Source: an uncultured Verrucomicrobiae bacterium (lineage in GTDB: Bacteria; Verrucomicrobiota; Verrucomicrobiia; Chthoniobacterales; JAFAMB01). Taken from it: a stretch of DNA of 64,000 nucleotides. The position numbers were made by a program, and so were the translations under genes. Below the pieces are notes generated by a model. The model was not told the origin of the DNA and did no database searches. It saw only the letters and a program-made list of their open reading frames with translations. Positions 50,978 through 62,917 of this stretch are shown piece after piece; position 1 is the stretch's first letter, and every line of letters begins with the position of its first letter. The stretch spans positions 576,001 to 640,000 of the forward strand of contig CAVXLD010000001.1 of the NCBI GenBank assembly GCA_963762565.1. The letters are read 5' to 3'.

Positions 50978-51123
50978 GAATCGAAGTCTTTGTTAATAGA
51001 CGACAGAACAGAACGCGCTTGCGTTGAAAGATGTTCAGCCTCTGGCTCATGAGGTTAGCGACTAGGCCCAAAAGATTCAATATCTTACACCACTCGATCC
51101 ACGGCTGTAACCGGGTGATAACG

Positions 51124-51225
51124 GAGGCCGATGAGGGGTCGCCACCCGTGGAGCGCTGCCTCGCTTGCGAGGCCGATGAGGGGTCGCCAACCGTGAGAGC
51201 ACTGCCTCGCTTGCGAGGCCGATGG
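51124..51225 (+). repeat. Tandem ~45-bp units containing the GTGG REP
   Basis: GAGGCCGATGAGGGGTCGCCA.CCGTG..GC.CTGCCTCGCTTGC repeated. Confidence 0.8.
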
Positions 51226-51278
51226 TGATCAGAGAGACTTTGTCGCCTTCCGGGATCTTAGGGATTGTTTTCCATGCC

Positions 51279-51298
51279 GTGACACGCTACCGTGTCAC
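51279..51298. promoter_or_regulatory. Palindromic operator upstream of the TA pair
   Basis: GTGACACG-CTAC-CGTGTCAC, perfect 8-bp arms. Confidence 0.6.
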
Positions 51299-51303
51299 AC
51301 ATC

Positions 51304-51627
51304 ATGGATGTTAAAAAAGACACACCGAAAAGGCGGCTCCGCATGCCAAAGACATCGGTAGGCAGCACGAATCTCAAGGCCGTGAAATCGGTCAGCATTC
51401 GGGCGCTTCGAACGGATTGGCGCCGCGTGAAAGCCATGGTCACGCGAGGAGCGAAGGTTGTGGTTACCGACAATGGGGTCCCCATCATGCAACTTGTTCC
51501 ACTCGAGCAGCCTGTCGGCGCCGAAATCGATTGGCTCGCACACCTGGAGAAGATCCGAGCAATCGCGGGAGGCAAAACCACAGGTGGAAACGCTGTCTTG
51601 GAGGAGAGAGCGTCTTATAAGTCGTGA
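51304..51627 (+). CDS. Phd/YefM-family antitoxin
   Basis: VSIRALR......V..G..VVVTDNGVPI.QLVP; stop overlaps the toxin start; start uncertain. Confidence 0.75.
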   Translation: MDVKKDTPKRRLRMPKTSVGSTNLKAVKSVSIRALRTDWRRVKAMVTRGAKVVVTDNGVPIMQLVPLEQPVGAEIDWLAHLEKIRAIAGGKTTGGNAVLEERASYKS

Positions 51628-52064
51628 CCTACTTCGATACAAGTGTTCTGGTAGCCTTTTACGCAAACGAAAGGTCCGCGCTGGAAGCAGCGAGGTCCCT
51701 GGCTGGCAGCCACCATCCGGCGCCATTTAATCGTATCTTGGAGCTCGAGCTCCGAAATGCGATCCGGCGCAAGGTTCCCAGGAGGGAAGCGACACCCACT
51801 CAAGTCCGCGGTTTTCTACGCCAGTTAGTTTCTGATTTGACTCAAGGAATTCTCGCGTGGCAGGTATTCGACTTCGACCGAGTATTTGATCGGGCTGAGA
51901 CCCTTGGCACCCGATTCACCGAGCAGCTCGACACTCGCTCATTCGATATACTTCATGTCTCGATTGCAATCGAGACCGGCTGTGACGCGTTTCATACTTT
52001 TGACCACGACCAGAGACGACTCGCTGCCGCCGCTGGCCTCACCACCAATCCGATTACTCGGTAG
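51624..52064 (+). CDS. vapC: VapC-family PIN toxin
   Basis: YFDTSVLV, ELE..NA, RSFDILHV, F.TFD..Q..LA...GL. Confidence 0.85.
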   Translation: MTYFDTSVLVAFYANERSALEAARSLAGSHHPAPFNRILELELRNAIRRKVPRREATPTQVRGFLRQLVSDLTQGILAWQVFDFDRVFDRAETLGTRFTEQLDTRSFDILHVSIAIETGCDAFHTFDHDQRRLAAAAGLTTNPITR

Positions 52065-52102
52065 GAAAGCTGCCGGATCATGCGCTTCGTCTTGGCTATT
52101 GG

Positions 52103-54529
52103 TTATTCGCGAAGCGCGATCACCGGGTTAATTCTGATGGCGCGTACGGTGGGAATTAGACAGGCTAAAACAGCGGCTAGCGTAAGCGCGGCGATAACGA
52201 ACGCGATGGTCGCCGGATCATAACTAGTTATCCCGTAGAGCAAGCCCGATAGGGATTGACCCAGAACCAGGGCTGACACGATTCCCAACGTTAAACCGAC
52301 AAAAACGATCTTCATCCCCTGCCAGAACACGATCTGGACAACATCGATGATTTGCGCTCCAACCGCGACCCGGATCCCGATCTCCCGTGTACGCAGGCTG
52401 ACTGAACGCGCTAGTATTGCATACACACCGACCAGCGAAAGAGTCAGAGCAAACATCGAGAATAAGGTCACCACTAGCAGGGTTACCTGACGAGTCTCGA
52501 ACGATTTGGAGATGAGATCATCCAGCGTACCTGAAGCAGACAACGGCACATCCGGGTCCAGCGATGCCACCGCCTTTTGAATCGCGGGCAGCAGCGAAAT
52601 AGCATTACCGGCGTTGCGAACGACTAAGGTGCAGTCATTTTGCTCCTGTCGATAAGGATGCGGTTGCCCCAGTGGAAAATAAGTCTGAAACAAGATGTAT
52701 TGCCGTGCCGGATTCAGCTGATAGACCGTCGGAACCACTCCTACGATGGTGTAATTCGTACGGGTCAGCCCGAGGGTTTCACCAAAATCATGGATCTGTT
52801 TCCCGATGGGGTTTTGTCCGGGGAAATAGGTGTTGGCCAACGTTTGGTTAACAATCACAACTTTATTCCGGCCCAGCTGATCCTGAGCATCAAATGCGCG
52901 CCCTTGTAATAGCGGGATTTGGAGTGCCCGAAAGTAATCGGGCGAAATAACCTCTAAAGTAAATCTCGGTTTATGGCCGCTGTCAGGCTCGGGCTGGCCG
53001 ACAACCGCAAACGGTCCCGCAAAGCCCTCGTTATCTTCCAGTGAGAAAGGTAACACATCGGCGGTACCGACCGCCGTCACCCCGGGTAGTTTAAGGACTT
53101 TTTCAATAATGACAGCGAAGAAGGTTTTCCAGTCCGCTAGGGTTCGGTATTTAGACTCCGGAAGATAGATGTCGGTTATTAATAAATTGTTAGGATTGAA
53201 TCCTAATGGAACCTGGCGCAGCGCTTGAAGACTTCGAGCCAACAAGATACAGCCAAACAGTAAAATCGATGCGATCGCCACTTGACACACAATCAGTACA
53301 AACTGGGTTCTTTGCCGCTGCGGGCTACGCGTGCCGCCGAATGTTCCTTTAGTTCGGAGCGCGGAAGTGAGATCAACCCTGGATTGGGCAAAGGCCGGAA
53401 ACGAGCCGGCCAGGAGCGAGACGAAAACGGTGGTTCCAAGTACCAGCACAAAGGCGAGGTTGTCGAACTCGAGCTCTTCAAACCGGGGAATACCGGACGG
53501 GGCAAGGATCCTTATCAAACTAACGCCCCAGTGCCCCAGAATGAAGCCGGCAGCTCCGCCGGCCAATGAAAGGACCATCGTCTCACCCATTAGTTGCAGA
53601 ACGAGACGGGTTTTGCTGGCTCCGAGAGACGCCCGGATCATCATTTCTTTCTGACGCTCCAGACTTCTCGCGAGATGTAGCCCGGCGACATTGGCGCAGG
53701 CAATCACTAAAAGCAGAGCAACCGACCCTCCAATCAGCCAAAGTGTAGAAGGAAAATCGCCCACCACACTGTCCAGCAAGGGAGCAACCCGGACCGTGAT
53801 GGTCTTATGGTTATCGGGAAACCGGGCAGCCAAGCTCTTGGCGGTGATTTCAAGATCCGCCTGCGCCTGTCGGAGAGTCACCCCCTCGGCCAACCTTCCG
53901 ATGCACCAGCAGCCATGGTTTGCGCGATCGGTTCGAAGCTCGTCCAGCTCCGGCAACAGGTTAAACGGCAGATAAACGCTCGCAATTTCGTCGGACCGTT
54001 GACGGCATACACCGATTATTTCGTAGCTAACTTGGTTAAGCTGCACCTTGGCGCCTACAACTGTGGGATCAGCCCGGAAACGTTCGCGCCAGAAACGTTC
54101 ACCCAGAATGACGACCGTTGCTGTGTCCGCCCGGTCTTCACCGGGCCCGAACGGCCGCCCCGCCAGCAAAGGTCTACCTAGTGTTTGGAAATAATTTGCG
54201 GTAACAAAGCTTCCAGTGAGATGCACTGGATCACCTTGGCCAGTGAGAACCAGATCATTATTGTAACTAACCGCTAAGTTTTGGAACGAATGTTGATTGG
54301 CACAAAAATCCAGGTAGTCCGGATAACACATCCGAAACGTCTGTAAATTCCGTAGCGGCTGAAAGACCTCCACTAGTTGATCCGCCCGCGGATAAGGCAA
54401 CGGCTTTAGTAAGACCGACTCAATCAAACTAAAGATTGCCGTGTTAGCGCCGATCCCGAGGGCGAGGATTGCTATCGCGGTGATGGTGAAGGCGGGGGAC
54501 TTGAGGAGGAGGCGGAGCGTGTGGCGCAT
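52103..54529 (-). CDS. ADOP-like duplicated ABC permease, array 2
   Basis: Start ATG 54529 ([14 protein letters not shown]); same motifs; NPVIALRE. Confidence 0.9.
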   Translation of the reverse strand: MRHTLRLLLKSPAFTITAIAILALGIGANTAIFSLIESVLLKPLPYPRADQLVEVFQPLRNLQTFRMCYPDYLDFCANQHSFQNLAVSYNNDLVLTGQGDPVHLTGSFVTANYFQTLGRPLLAGRPFGPGEDRADTATVVILGERFWRERFRADPTVVGAKVQLNQVSYEIIGVCRQRSDEIASVYLPFNLLPELDELRTDRANHGCWCIGRLAEGVTLRQAQADLEITAKSLAARFPDNHKTITVRVAPLLDSVVGDFPSTLWLIGGSVALLLVIACANVAGLHLARSLERQKEMMIRASLGASKTRLVLQLMGETMVLSLAGGAAGFILGHWGVSLIRILAPSGIPRFEELEFDNLAFVLVLGTTVFVSLLAGSFPAFAQSRVDLTSALRTKGTFGGTRSPQRQRTQFVLIVCQVAIASILLFGCILLARSLQALRQVPLGFNPNNLLITDIYLPESKYRTLADWKTFFAVIIEKVLKLPGVTAVGTADVLPFSLEDNEGFAGPFAVVGQPEPDSGHKPRFTLEVISPDYFRALQIPLLQGRAFDAQDQLGRNKVVIVNQTLANTYFPGQNPIGKQIHDFGETLGLTRTNYTIVGVVPTVYQLNPARQYILFQTYFPLGQPHPYRQEQNDCTLVVRNAGNAISLLPAIQKAVASLDPDVPLSASGTLDDLISKSFETRQVTLLVVTLFSMFALTLSLVGVYAILARSVSLRTREIGIRVAVGAQIIDVVQIVFWQGMKIVFVGLTLGIVSALVLGQSLSGLLYGITSYDPATIAFVIAALTLAAVLACLIPTVRAIRINPVIALRE

Positions 54530-54736
54530 GGTGGTGAAAGGTGATTGGTGATCGGTGAGTCGTGATTGGTAGGGCGAGGCTCCCGACTCGAGTCTAGGAC
54601 GTCTTCGCAAGGCGTCATAGTGCTTTTCTTGAAATGATTAGTTGCGCCCAAGACTGCCGAGCCGGTTCCAACGCGTGCAATCTCCTAGCGTTATTTGTCA
54701 GTTGTCATTTGTCATGCGCTTCGCCTTGGCTATTGG

Positions 54737-57161
54737 TCATTCGCGTAGCGCCGTGATCGGGTTGACGCGCGCGGCTCGAAGCGCGGGGATAAGGCATGCC
54801 ACTATGCCGGACAGGCCTAAAACCAGGATCGTTACGCCGAGCGTCATCGGATCAAGTGGACTGACTCCGTAAAGTAGGTTTGCGATGGCACGTGCAAAAC
54901 CTGCTGCACCAACTATACCAATTATCATGCCAAGGCCGATGAGCTTGACGCCGCGGAGAACCACCCAGTTTAAATGTTCATCTGATCAGCGCCCAGCGCC
55001 ATGCGGACACCGATCTCTTTCGTTTGCCGAGCAACATAACCGGCTAGAAGGGCATAAATGCCGACTACCGATAGCGATAAGGCCACAGCGGAAAAGCTGC
55101 CGGCAACCGTTAACTCCATCTTCCGGGTTACGAATTTACCTGCCAGCGTTTGGTCGAATGTCGTTAGCTGACCAATAGGGACATCTGGGTCGACCAAAGC
55201 CATTGCTTTTTTAAGCTGAGGTAGCAGGCGACTGGGATCGGCCTTAGAGCGCAAAAGCAGTTGTTCGGCGTACGCCGGGTCCTGCGTGTACGGGTAGTAT
55301 TCCTGAAATGGGGTATCACTATAGTCAGCCGTGTTCTGTCGCACGTGCGGTACAACTCCGACGATGGTAAAGATTGTGACCCCTCTCCCATCCGCTGTAG
55401 GAGAGCTAATTTGCTTTCCCAACGGGTCCATACCGGGGAAATAGCGATCAACCAGAGCCTGATCGACGATGATCACTTTCTGGCGATCCGACTTATCGTT
55501 CGCGTTGAAGTCCCGTCCTCGTAAGATCGGTATACCCATGGTCTGGAAATAACCCGGCGAAATCCGATAGGTATTGAATTTAGCGGTATGGGCGGGATCT
55601 GGTTCTGTTTGTCCGGTGACCCAGAACGGCGAAGACCAGCCATTACTACTTAAGAACGGAGGTCTGTCGTTCAACGCTGCGTCAGTGATCTCAGGAATTT
55701 GCCGCGTCTCCTCCAGCAGTCTGTCGAAGAAAAGGCGCATCCGACCTAGATCTGCGGTATAGTTGCGGTTGGTTAGTATAATCGGGACTGAGATAAGCCG
55801 GTTTAGATCGAACCCCGTGGGAGTATTCGCAACTGCTTGAAAACTGGAGATGAGCAGCCCTACTCCAAAGAGCAGGACAAATGCTAGCGCAACTTGGGCG
55901 ACCACCAACCAGGAATGCATTTGTTGCTGCGGCTTAGAAGCTCCACCACTATGGCCCTTTGGCAGCGATGCCAGGTTGATGCTAGACAGGTTCCACGCCG
56001 GCAATAATCCCGCCAGCACCGCAACCAAAACCGTGAGGCCAAGTACAAAGAGGAGCGCCGTCACGACCTAGATGAGCCTCTTGAAAACGATACAGATCTT
56101 GCGGACTTAAGCTTTTTATTACGCTCAAGGCCCACGAGCCTAGAACCATTCCGAAGAGCGCGCCGGCCGTTGTGAGAACGGTCGTTTCTATGAGCACCTC
56201 ACTAATAAGCCGGCGACGAGATGCGCCGACCGAAGCTTTGATGACCATCTCGCGTCGCCGCTCAAGTGATCTAGTAAACAGGAGGCAGCCCACGTTTACG
56301 CTCGATATCGCAAGCAGACCGACCGCAGCTGCAGCGAGCAGCCAAATAGTCGAATGATAGTCACTCCGTCATTGCATCCAACAACGGAACAATCCGAAGT
56401 ACGTATCCCTGCTCCGTTACAGGGTATCGACTGGCCACTTGCGAGTAGATACGACCCAAGTCTGCCTCTGCTTGAGCCGCATTGATTCCGTCTTTTAACC
56501 TACCAAAACAATCTATCCAGTGGGAGCTTCGATCCCACAGGTTAAGATTCAAAGTAGTTACTAAATTGTTAATGGGCGCATAGGCATCGATTGGAGGAGG
56601 TCCCCAATCATCGACTTGAGATTGCGAAACGCCGATGATCCGAAAGCTCTGACCGCTAAGCACGATACTTTTGCCAATAACGCCGGGATCCGAGTTAAAA
56701 CGCTTTCGCCAAAATTGTTCGCTCAGCACAATCAATAACGGACCGTTCGGAATATCCTCTTCTTCCGTGAACGATCTCCCAAGAATCAAAGGACGGCCCG
56801 TGACGCGAAATATTCCGGGTGACGCAAAGTCCACGTTGACGCGCGTGGAATAATCCCCTTCGCGCCAATCAAGCCAGTCGCCTCCATCACTAACGCACAA
56901 AGTATCGAAACTCCGTTGATCAGCAGCGAGGTCAATAAAATCAGGATAGTCGAAATTCGTTCGGCCACTGTTGGGAGCCCGCAGCACCACTTTGACCAAT
57001 CGATTCGGGTCGGGATATGGCAAAGGCTTGAGCAGAACTCCATCGATCAGACTGAAAACCGCGGTATTAGCGCCAATACCGAAGGCCAGGATTACGATCG
57101 CGGTGATGGTGAACGCTGGGGACTTAAGTAGGATGCGGAGCGTGTGGCGAAGCCCGAGCAT
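54737..57161 (-). CDS. ADOP-like permease, array 2, split by three frameshifts (~56360, ~56065, ~54965)
   Basis: ORFs 56361-57161, 55982-56293, 54970-56064 and 54737-54964 are collinear parts of one paralog. Confidence 0.8.
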
Positions 57162-57212
57162 GGTGAAAGGTGAGAAGTGAAAGGTGAAAGGTGAAGGAGC
57201 TAGGAGCTACCC

Positions 57213-57396
57213 GTGGAGCGCGCCTCGCTTGCGAGGCCGTGGTAAGCAGGGCTGAAGATTGGTCAGGGGCATCGTCGAGCTGCGCTCTGGGGTATGAAAA
57301 GGCAGACGTTCGTAACATAGAGTGATGAGCGTAATAAGGTGATGCGTTACTAGGTCCTTTGTTCACCACGGCCTCGCAAGCGAGGCAGCGCTCCAC
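57213..57396. repeat. REPIN (inverted pair of GTGG REPs), copy 1
   Basis: GTGGAGCGCGCCTCGCTTGCGAGGCCGTGGT ... ACCACGGCCTCGCAAGCGAGGCAGCGCTCCAC. Confidence 0.85.
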
Positions 57397-57410
57397 GTTT
57401 GCGCTATTGG

Positions 57411-59867
57411 TCATTCGCGAAGCGCAGTGATCGGGTTAATGCGCACGGCTCGTAGTGCAGGCAACAGGCAGGCCAAGACTGTGGCTATTCCAAGAACGAA
57501 CACCGCCAGGGAAAGCGCCAGGGGATCACTAGCGGAGACATTATAAAGGGCGCTCTCGAAGAATCGGACCAGGAGCAAAGCGGACATTAGTCCGATCGCT
57601 AACCCGAGTCCCGCTAACTTCAGGCCTCTCAGGATCACGAGCCTTAGGATATTGGACGATTGAGCTCCAAGAGCGATACGAACCCCTAGCTCACGTCTCC
57701 GTTGGCTGACAGAATAGGCGAGTACACCGTACAGACCCACTGCAGAGAGGCAGAGCGCAGCGCCGGAGATAATGCTGACTAAGAAAGCGCTGAATCGCCT
57801 GGTGGCTGACCGTCCAGCAATCAAGTCATCGAATTTTTGGATTCGATCCGCCGGAACATCCGGATCGATGGAAGCCACAATCTTTTGAATAGCGGGAGCC
57901 AGGGTGGCCGGCTCTCGATCGGTACGTAAAAGCAGGAATGCACGATACAGATTGTCACGTTGGCTATACGGGAAATAAGCTTGATAGGGTGCCAAGCTGT
58001 GATCAGGGGCATTGTGTCTGACTTGTCCGACCACACCAACAATCGTCCACGTCTTCTGGTCGTCACGCGTCGCCCAGAGATCTTCTATTTGCTTTCCGAT
58101 CGGATCTCCGCCTGGGAAAAACCGTTGTGCTAGAGCTACATCAACGATGACAACATGTTGGGTGTCTGCCCGATCGTCGGCGTCAAAATCGCGCCCGGCA
58201 ACGATCGGAATCTGCATGGTTTTGAAATAGTCCGGAGAAATATCTTGGGAGCAGAGACGTTGGCTCTTTACCGGGCTCCGTAACTGGCTGACCTGGAATG
58301 TGAAACGGTGCGTTCAAGTCACCGAACGTCCATTCAAAGGGTTGTTCTTGATTCATGGCGGCATCAGTCACTCCCGGAAGTTCCTTCGCCTTCTCGAGAA
58401 CGGCAGCAAACAGACGCCGGATTTGAGGCATATCGTTATATTTCTTACCGGTAGGATTGATGTTCGCGCTAACGAGATGATCCGGCGTTGAATCCAAGGG
58501 GGATTTCCTGGAAAACCTGGAAGCTACGGACTAACAACCCGGCTCCGATCAATAGTACACAAGCGGCCGCTACTTGACCGGTCACCAGGATAGATTGAGT
58601 GCGTTGCCGGTGCAGCCCGGTGGTGCCACCCCGATTACCTTCTTCTCGGAGGACCGTTTCCAAATTGATCTTCGAAAGACTGAGTCCAGGAAGTAATCCC
58701 GGACAACAAGGTGACAAAGGCGGTGATTAAGAAAATGAAAATTAGAGATGCGCTATCTAAATGGACGTCTTGAAATCGGTTCAGGTAATCCGGGCTTAAC
58801 CACTTAATCAATCCAATCGACCAAAACGCAATAATACAGCCGGTGACACCGCCTAACATCGAAAGGAATGCGGTCTCCAATAACAGTTTTCTAACCAGAC
58901 GAAAACGCGAGGCGCCTAAGGTCGAACGAATTGTCATTTCTTTGCGGCGTTCCAATCCGCGAGCAAAAATCAAGTTCGCCACATTGGCGCAAGAAATGAG
59001 CAAGAGGCATCCAACAGCCCCTCCTAGTAACCAGACCGTCGCTGAATAAGTGGCGGCTGTGCTGTCAAAGAGTGAAGCCACCCGAATAATGTAGTTCTTG
59101 TCGGCGTCAGGATACCGGGCATCGAGGTTGCTTTGAATGATGTTCAAGTCGGCGTTGGTCTGTGCCGGAGTTGCAGCCTGCTGCAAGCGTCCGAAACAGA
59201 GCAGACCGTGCGACGCCCGTTTGTTCGTCCATGGACCTCCAAAGTACTCCGATACATGGATTGGCACATACACAGCGTCGTCCGAAGGAGTGCTGACATC
59301 TTCGACCTGTCTTGGGCAAACCCCAACTACCTGGAAGCTTTCCCCGCTTAGAATGATGTTTTGACCGATGACATTTGCATCGGCATTAAAGTGATCCCGC
59401 CAGAGCGCCTCGCTGAGCACAGCGACCATGGGGCCGCCGGTTTTATCTTCGGCCTCAGTAAATGGGCGGCCTAATACGAACGGCAAATTCGTGACCTTGA
59501 ACAGGCTGGGCGACGCATAGATCGCGGTCAGCCGTTGCGGAAGCTGACGAGTCCCCAAATCTAGATAATCCCAGTACTCCACCGCGATGTTACTCAAGGT
59601 CTTCTGATCATCGCGAAGATCCAGATAATCCGGGTAACTTACCCCACCCCAATCCGACCGGTCCAACACAGAGTTGCTTGTTCTCGATTCAAAGATCTGC
59701 ATCAGCCGATCCGCTTGAGGAAACGGTAATGGATTTAGCAACACGGTACTAATCAGGCTGAAAACGGCGGTGTTCGTCCCGATACCGAAGCCGAGGATTA
59801 GTACCGCGGTGATGGTGAAGCCGGGCGACTTTAGCAGGAGGCGGAGGGTGTGGCGCAGGGGGGACAC
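57411..59867 (-). CDS. ADOP-like permease, array 2, split by three frameshifts (~58700, ~58490, ~58255)
   Basis: ORFs 58635-59867, 58469-58717, 58183-58497 and 57411-58217 are collinear. Confidence 0.8.
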
Positions 59868-59905
59868 GGGGTGATTAGTGATTAGTGATTGGTGATCGGT
59901 GATCG

Positions 59906-60088
59906 GTGGAGCGCGCCTCGCTTGCGAGGCCGTGGTAAGCAGGGCTGATGGTAGGTCAGGGGCATCTTGGAGCTGCGCTCTGGGTTATGAAAGGGCAGAC
60001 GTTCCTAACATAGGGCCTTGAGCGTAATAAGGTATGCATTACTAGGTCCTTTGTTCACCACGGCCTCGCAAGCGAGGCAGCGCTCCAC
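59906..60088. repeat. REPIN, copy 2 (spacer similar to copy 1)
   Basis: Same arms and largely the same internal sequence as 57213-57396. Confidence 0.85.
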
Positions 60089-60102
60089 GTTTGCGCTATT
60101 GC

Positions 60103-62562
60103 TCATTCGCGTAGCGCCGTGATTGGGTTAACTCGGGTAGCGCGCAAGGCTGGTACGAGACAGGCGATCGCCGCGGCTACGGCTAGAATCAGGACGGCGG
60201 CCGCCAGCGATATCGGATCACCTCCGGAAACGCCGTATAAAGTGGTCTCCATAAAGCGGACAAGCAGTAACGCCGTTATCATTCCAATCGTCAGGCCGAT
60301 CATCACTAAGTTTAGTCCCTGCCGGACGACCAATCTGAGGATGTTCGACGACTGTGCTCCTAAAGCGATACGCACACCGATCTCTCGCCGGCGCTGAGCA
60401 ACGAAATAGGCGAGCACTGCGTATAGCCCGACCGCGGATAAAAAGAGAGCAACTCCGGAGAAGATAGTAGCCAATAGTGCCGTCAGCCTTCCGAGGGCGA
60501 ACTTTTCCGTTATATGATCGTCGAAGCGCATGACTTGCGTAACCGGCACATCCGGATCAAGCTCAGCCACAATTCGTCGGACCTCGGGAATTAGAGCGAG
60601 CGGATCGCCCGAAGTACGCAACAGCAAGAACTCCGTTCCAAGGACTGTCCTTTCATTATAGGGAAAGTAAGCCTGAAATAGCGGCATAGGGGTTTGAGGC
60701 CCGTTGTGGCGCGAATTCTGTACTACACCGACAATCGTCCAAGTGTCCTTTTTATCCCAAGCTCCTAACCATTGTATTTGTTTCCCGATGGGATTCTGGT
60801 TCGGGAAAAAATGTTCCGCTAAAGCTCTATCTACGATAACGTCCCTCTCGCTATCCGCGCGATCCGCAGAATTAAAGTCCCGACCTTGCAACAGCGGTAT
60901 TTGCATGGTCTCGAAATAGCCGGGCGAGATATTCTGAGCAATGAAGGTTGGTTCGTGACCGGGTTCAGGTGGAGGCACTCCAATCACCCGAAACGGAATA
61001 GTGAAGTCACCAACGGTCCATTCAAAAGGTACTTGATCATTCATCGCGGCCGCGGTGACTCCGGGTAAGTGGCGCGCCTTCTCCAAAACGGCGTCAAATA
61101 ATCGCTGGCAAGGTGCCGTATCGATATATTTCCGGCTGGTCGGGCTTATGTTCGCGCTCAGCAAATGATGCGGGTTATAACCGAGAGGCAGATCCTGGGT
61201 GGCTTTGAAACTGCGGATAAATAGTCCGGAGCCGACCAAAAGCACGCAAGCTAACGCGACCTGGCCCACCACCAGGAATGATTGGATTCGCTGTTGTTGT
61301 GGTCCCGCGGTGCCCGCGGTGCCGGACCGGCCGCCTTCATCTCGAAGAGCTAAACCCAATTTCAAATCGGAAAGGTTAAACGCCGGCGGCAGACCGGCAA
61401 GGAGCGCTACCAGCGTCGTAATCCCTAGTACAAACAACAGCGCGACCGGGTTGAACTCAACCTTTTGGAACGCGTAAAGGTAGACTGGGCTACCCCATTT
61501 GATGAAATCGATCGACCAATGCGCAATCAACACCCCAAGCGCTCCGCCGAGTAAAGAAACCAAGATTATTTCGAGAAGGATTCGAGCGATCAGCCTCAAC
61601 CGCGATGCTCCCAACGTCGCTCTGATCATGGTTTCCTTGCGACGTTCGAGTGCTCGAGCGAAAAATAGGTTCGCCACATTGGCGCTCGAGACGAGCAAGA
61701 GGCACCCTACCCCAGCCGCCAACGACCAAACAAAATTCGAGTAGTCACCCACCATCACGTCCGAAAGTTGAACAATGCGGGTGGTGTTGTTCCTGTCAGT
61801 GTCCGGGTAAAGAAAGTCCAGGTTATTCTGAATCGACGTCAGATCTGCCCCGGCCTGGGCGAGGCTGATACCTTCCTTTAATCGACCCGTACAGGCAGTG
61901 CCCTGCAGGGCACGGTCTTGCAGTGTTCCGCCCCACAACTCGGTAACATGGATCGGGACATACAACAGATCATCAGGCGGGGTACTAACTTCTTCCACTT
62001 GTCTGGGGCAAACTCCAATCACCTGAAAACTTTCCCCACTTAACAGCAAATTCTTCCCGATAATATTAGGATCAGCGTTGAACCGGTGTCTCCATAATTG
62101 TTCACTCAAAACCACGACCAATGGACCGCCGGTTTTATCCTCTTCTTCAGTAAATGGCCGGCCAAGAACAAACGGTAAACCAGTTACCTTAAATAAACTC
62201 GGCGTTGTGCAAACTCCGCTAAGGCGCTCGGGATATCTTTGACCTTGACCACCCAAATCCCAAAAAGTCCAGAATGACGCAGAGAGGCTTTCGAAGGTGT
62301 GCTGGCTTCTGCAAAAATCGAGGTAGTCGGGAAAGTCCACGAATTGGTCCGTGCCATCGGTCGTCGTTCCTTTTGACCGTGACTGATAAATCCTGACTAG
62401 CCGGTCGGTCTTTGGATAAGGAGTTACGTTAAGAATGACGGCTTCAATCAAACTAAAGACCGCAGTGTTTGCGCCGATGCCAAACCCGAGGATTAGGACC
62501 GCGGTGATGGTGAAGCCCGGCGACTTTAGCAGTAGGCGGATTGTCTGGCGGAGATGGCGCAC
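60103..62562 (-). CDS. ADOP-like duplicated ABC permease, array 2
   Basis: 819 aa, GTG start, same motifs. Confidence 0.92.
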   Translation of the reverse strand: MRHLRQTIRLLLKSPGFTITAVLILGFGIGANTAVFSLIEAVILNVTPYPKTDRLVRIYQSRSKGTTTDGTDQFVDFPDYLDFCRSQHTFESLSASFWTFWDLGGQGQRYPERLSGVCTTPSLFKVTGLPFVLGRPFTEEEDKTGGPLVVVLSEQLWRHRFNADPNIIGKNLLLSGESFQVIGVCPRQVEEVSTPPDDLLYVPIHVTELWGGTLQDRALQGTACTGRLKEGISLAQAGADLTSIQNNLDFLYPDTDRNNTTRIVQLSDVMVGDYSNFVWSLAAGVGCLLLVSSANVANLFFARALERRKETMIRATLGASRLRLIARILLEIILVSLLGGALGVLIAHWSIDFIKWGSPVYLYAFQKVEFNPVALLFVLGITTLVALLAGLPPAFNLSDLKLGLALRDEGGRSGTAGTAGPQQQRIQSFLVVGQVALACVLLVGSGLFIRSFKATQDLPLGYNPHHLLSANISPTSRKYIDTAPCQRLFDAVLEKARHLPGVTAAAMNDQVPFEWTVGDFTIPFRVIGVPPPEPGHEPTFIAQNISPGYFETMQIPLLQGRDFNSADRADSERDVIVDRALAEHFFPNQNPIGKQIQWLGAWDKKDTWTIVGVVQNSRHNGPQTPMPLFQAYFPYNERTVLGTEFLLLRTSGDPLALIPEVRRIVAELDPDVPVTQVMRFDDHITEKFALGRLTALLATIFSGVALFLSAVGLYAVLAYFVAQRRREIGVRIALGAQSSNILRLVVRQGLNLVMIGLTIGMITALLLVRFMETTLYGVSGGDPISLAAAVLILAVAAAIACLVPALRATRVNPITALRE

Positions 62563-62817
62563 GGGGGGAGAGAGGTGAAAAGTGAAAGGTGAGAGGTGAA
62601 AGGTGAGAGGCTAGTAAGCAGTAATCAGTAGGTCAGTAATCAGTGTAGGAGCTAGAATCTAAGAGTTAGGAGTATGTTTTTCTTTGCGATCTTTGCGTTC
62701 TTCCGCCTTCGCCAAGCCTACGGCGCGACAGGTTTTGCAGCTATCTGTCATTTGGGATTTGTTCCGGCGGCTGCCGGATCATGCGCTTCGCCTTGGCTAT
62801 CGGCTATTGGCTATTGG

Positions 62818-62917
62818 TCATTCGCGTAGCGTGTCATTCGCGTAGCGTGATCGCGAGTTTCGCGTAGCGTGTCATGCGCGTAGCGTGTCATGCGCGTAGC
62901 GCCTTATTCGCGTAGCG
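62818..62917. repeat. Tandem ~16-mer TCATKCGCGTAGCGTG running into the stop codon of the adjacent permease
   Basis: About six units; the last one encodes the gene's ALRE* on the minus strand. Confidence 0.8.

Noticed and set aside
54737..59867. Calling these two permeases true pseudogenes
   Set aside because: Only small indels in full-length collinear genes; cannot be separated from assembly error without reads.
61305..61323. 9-bp duplication giving GTAGTAG
   Set aside because: Trivial in-frame slippage in a cytoplasmic linker.
62818..62917. Possible CRISPR or integron attC array
   Set aside because: Units abut without spacers; no clear attC structure and no integrase in the window.
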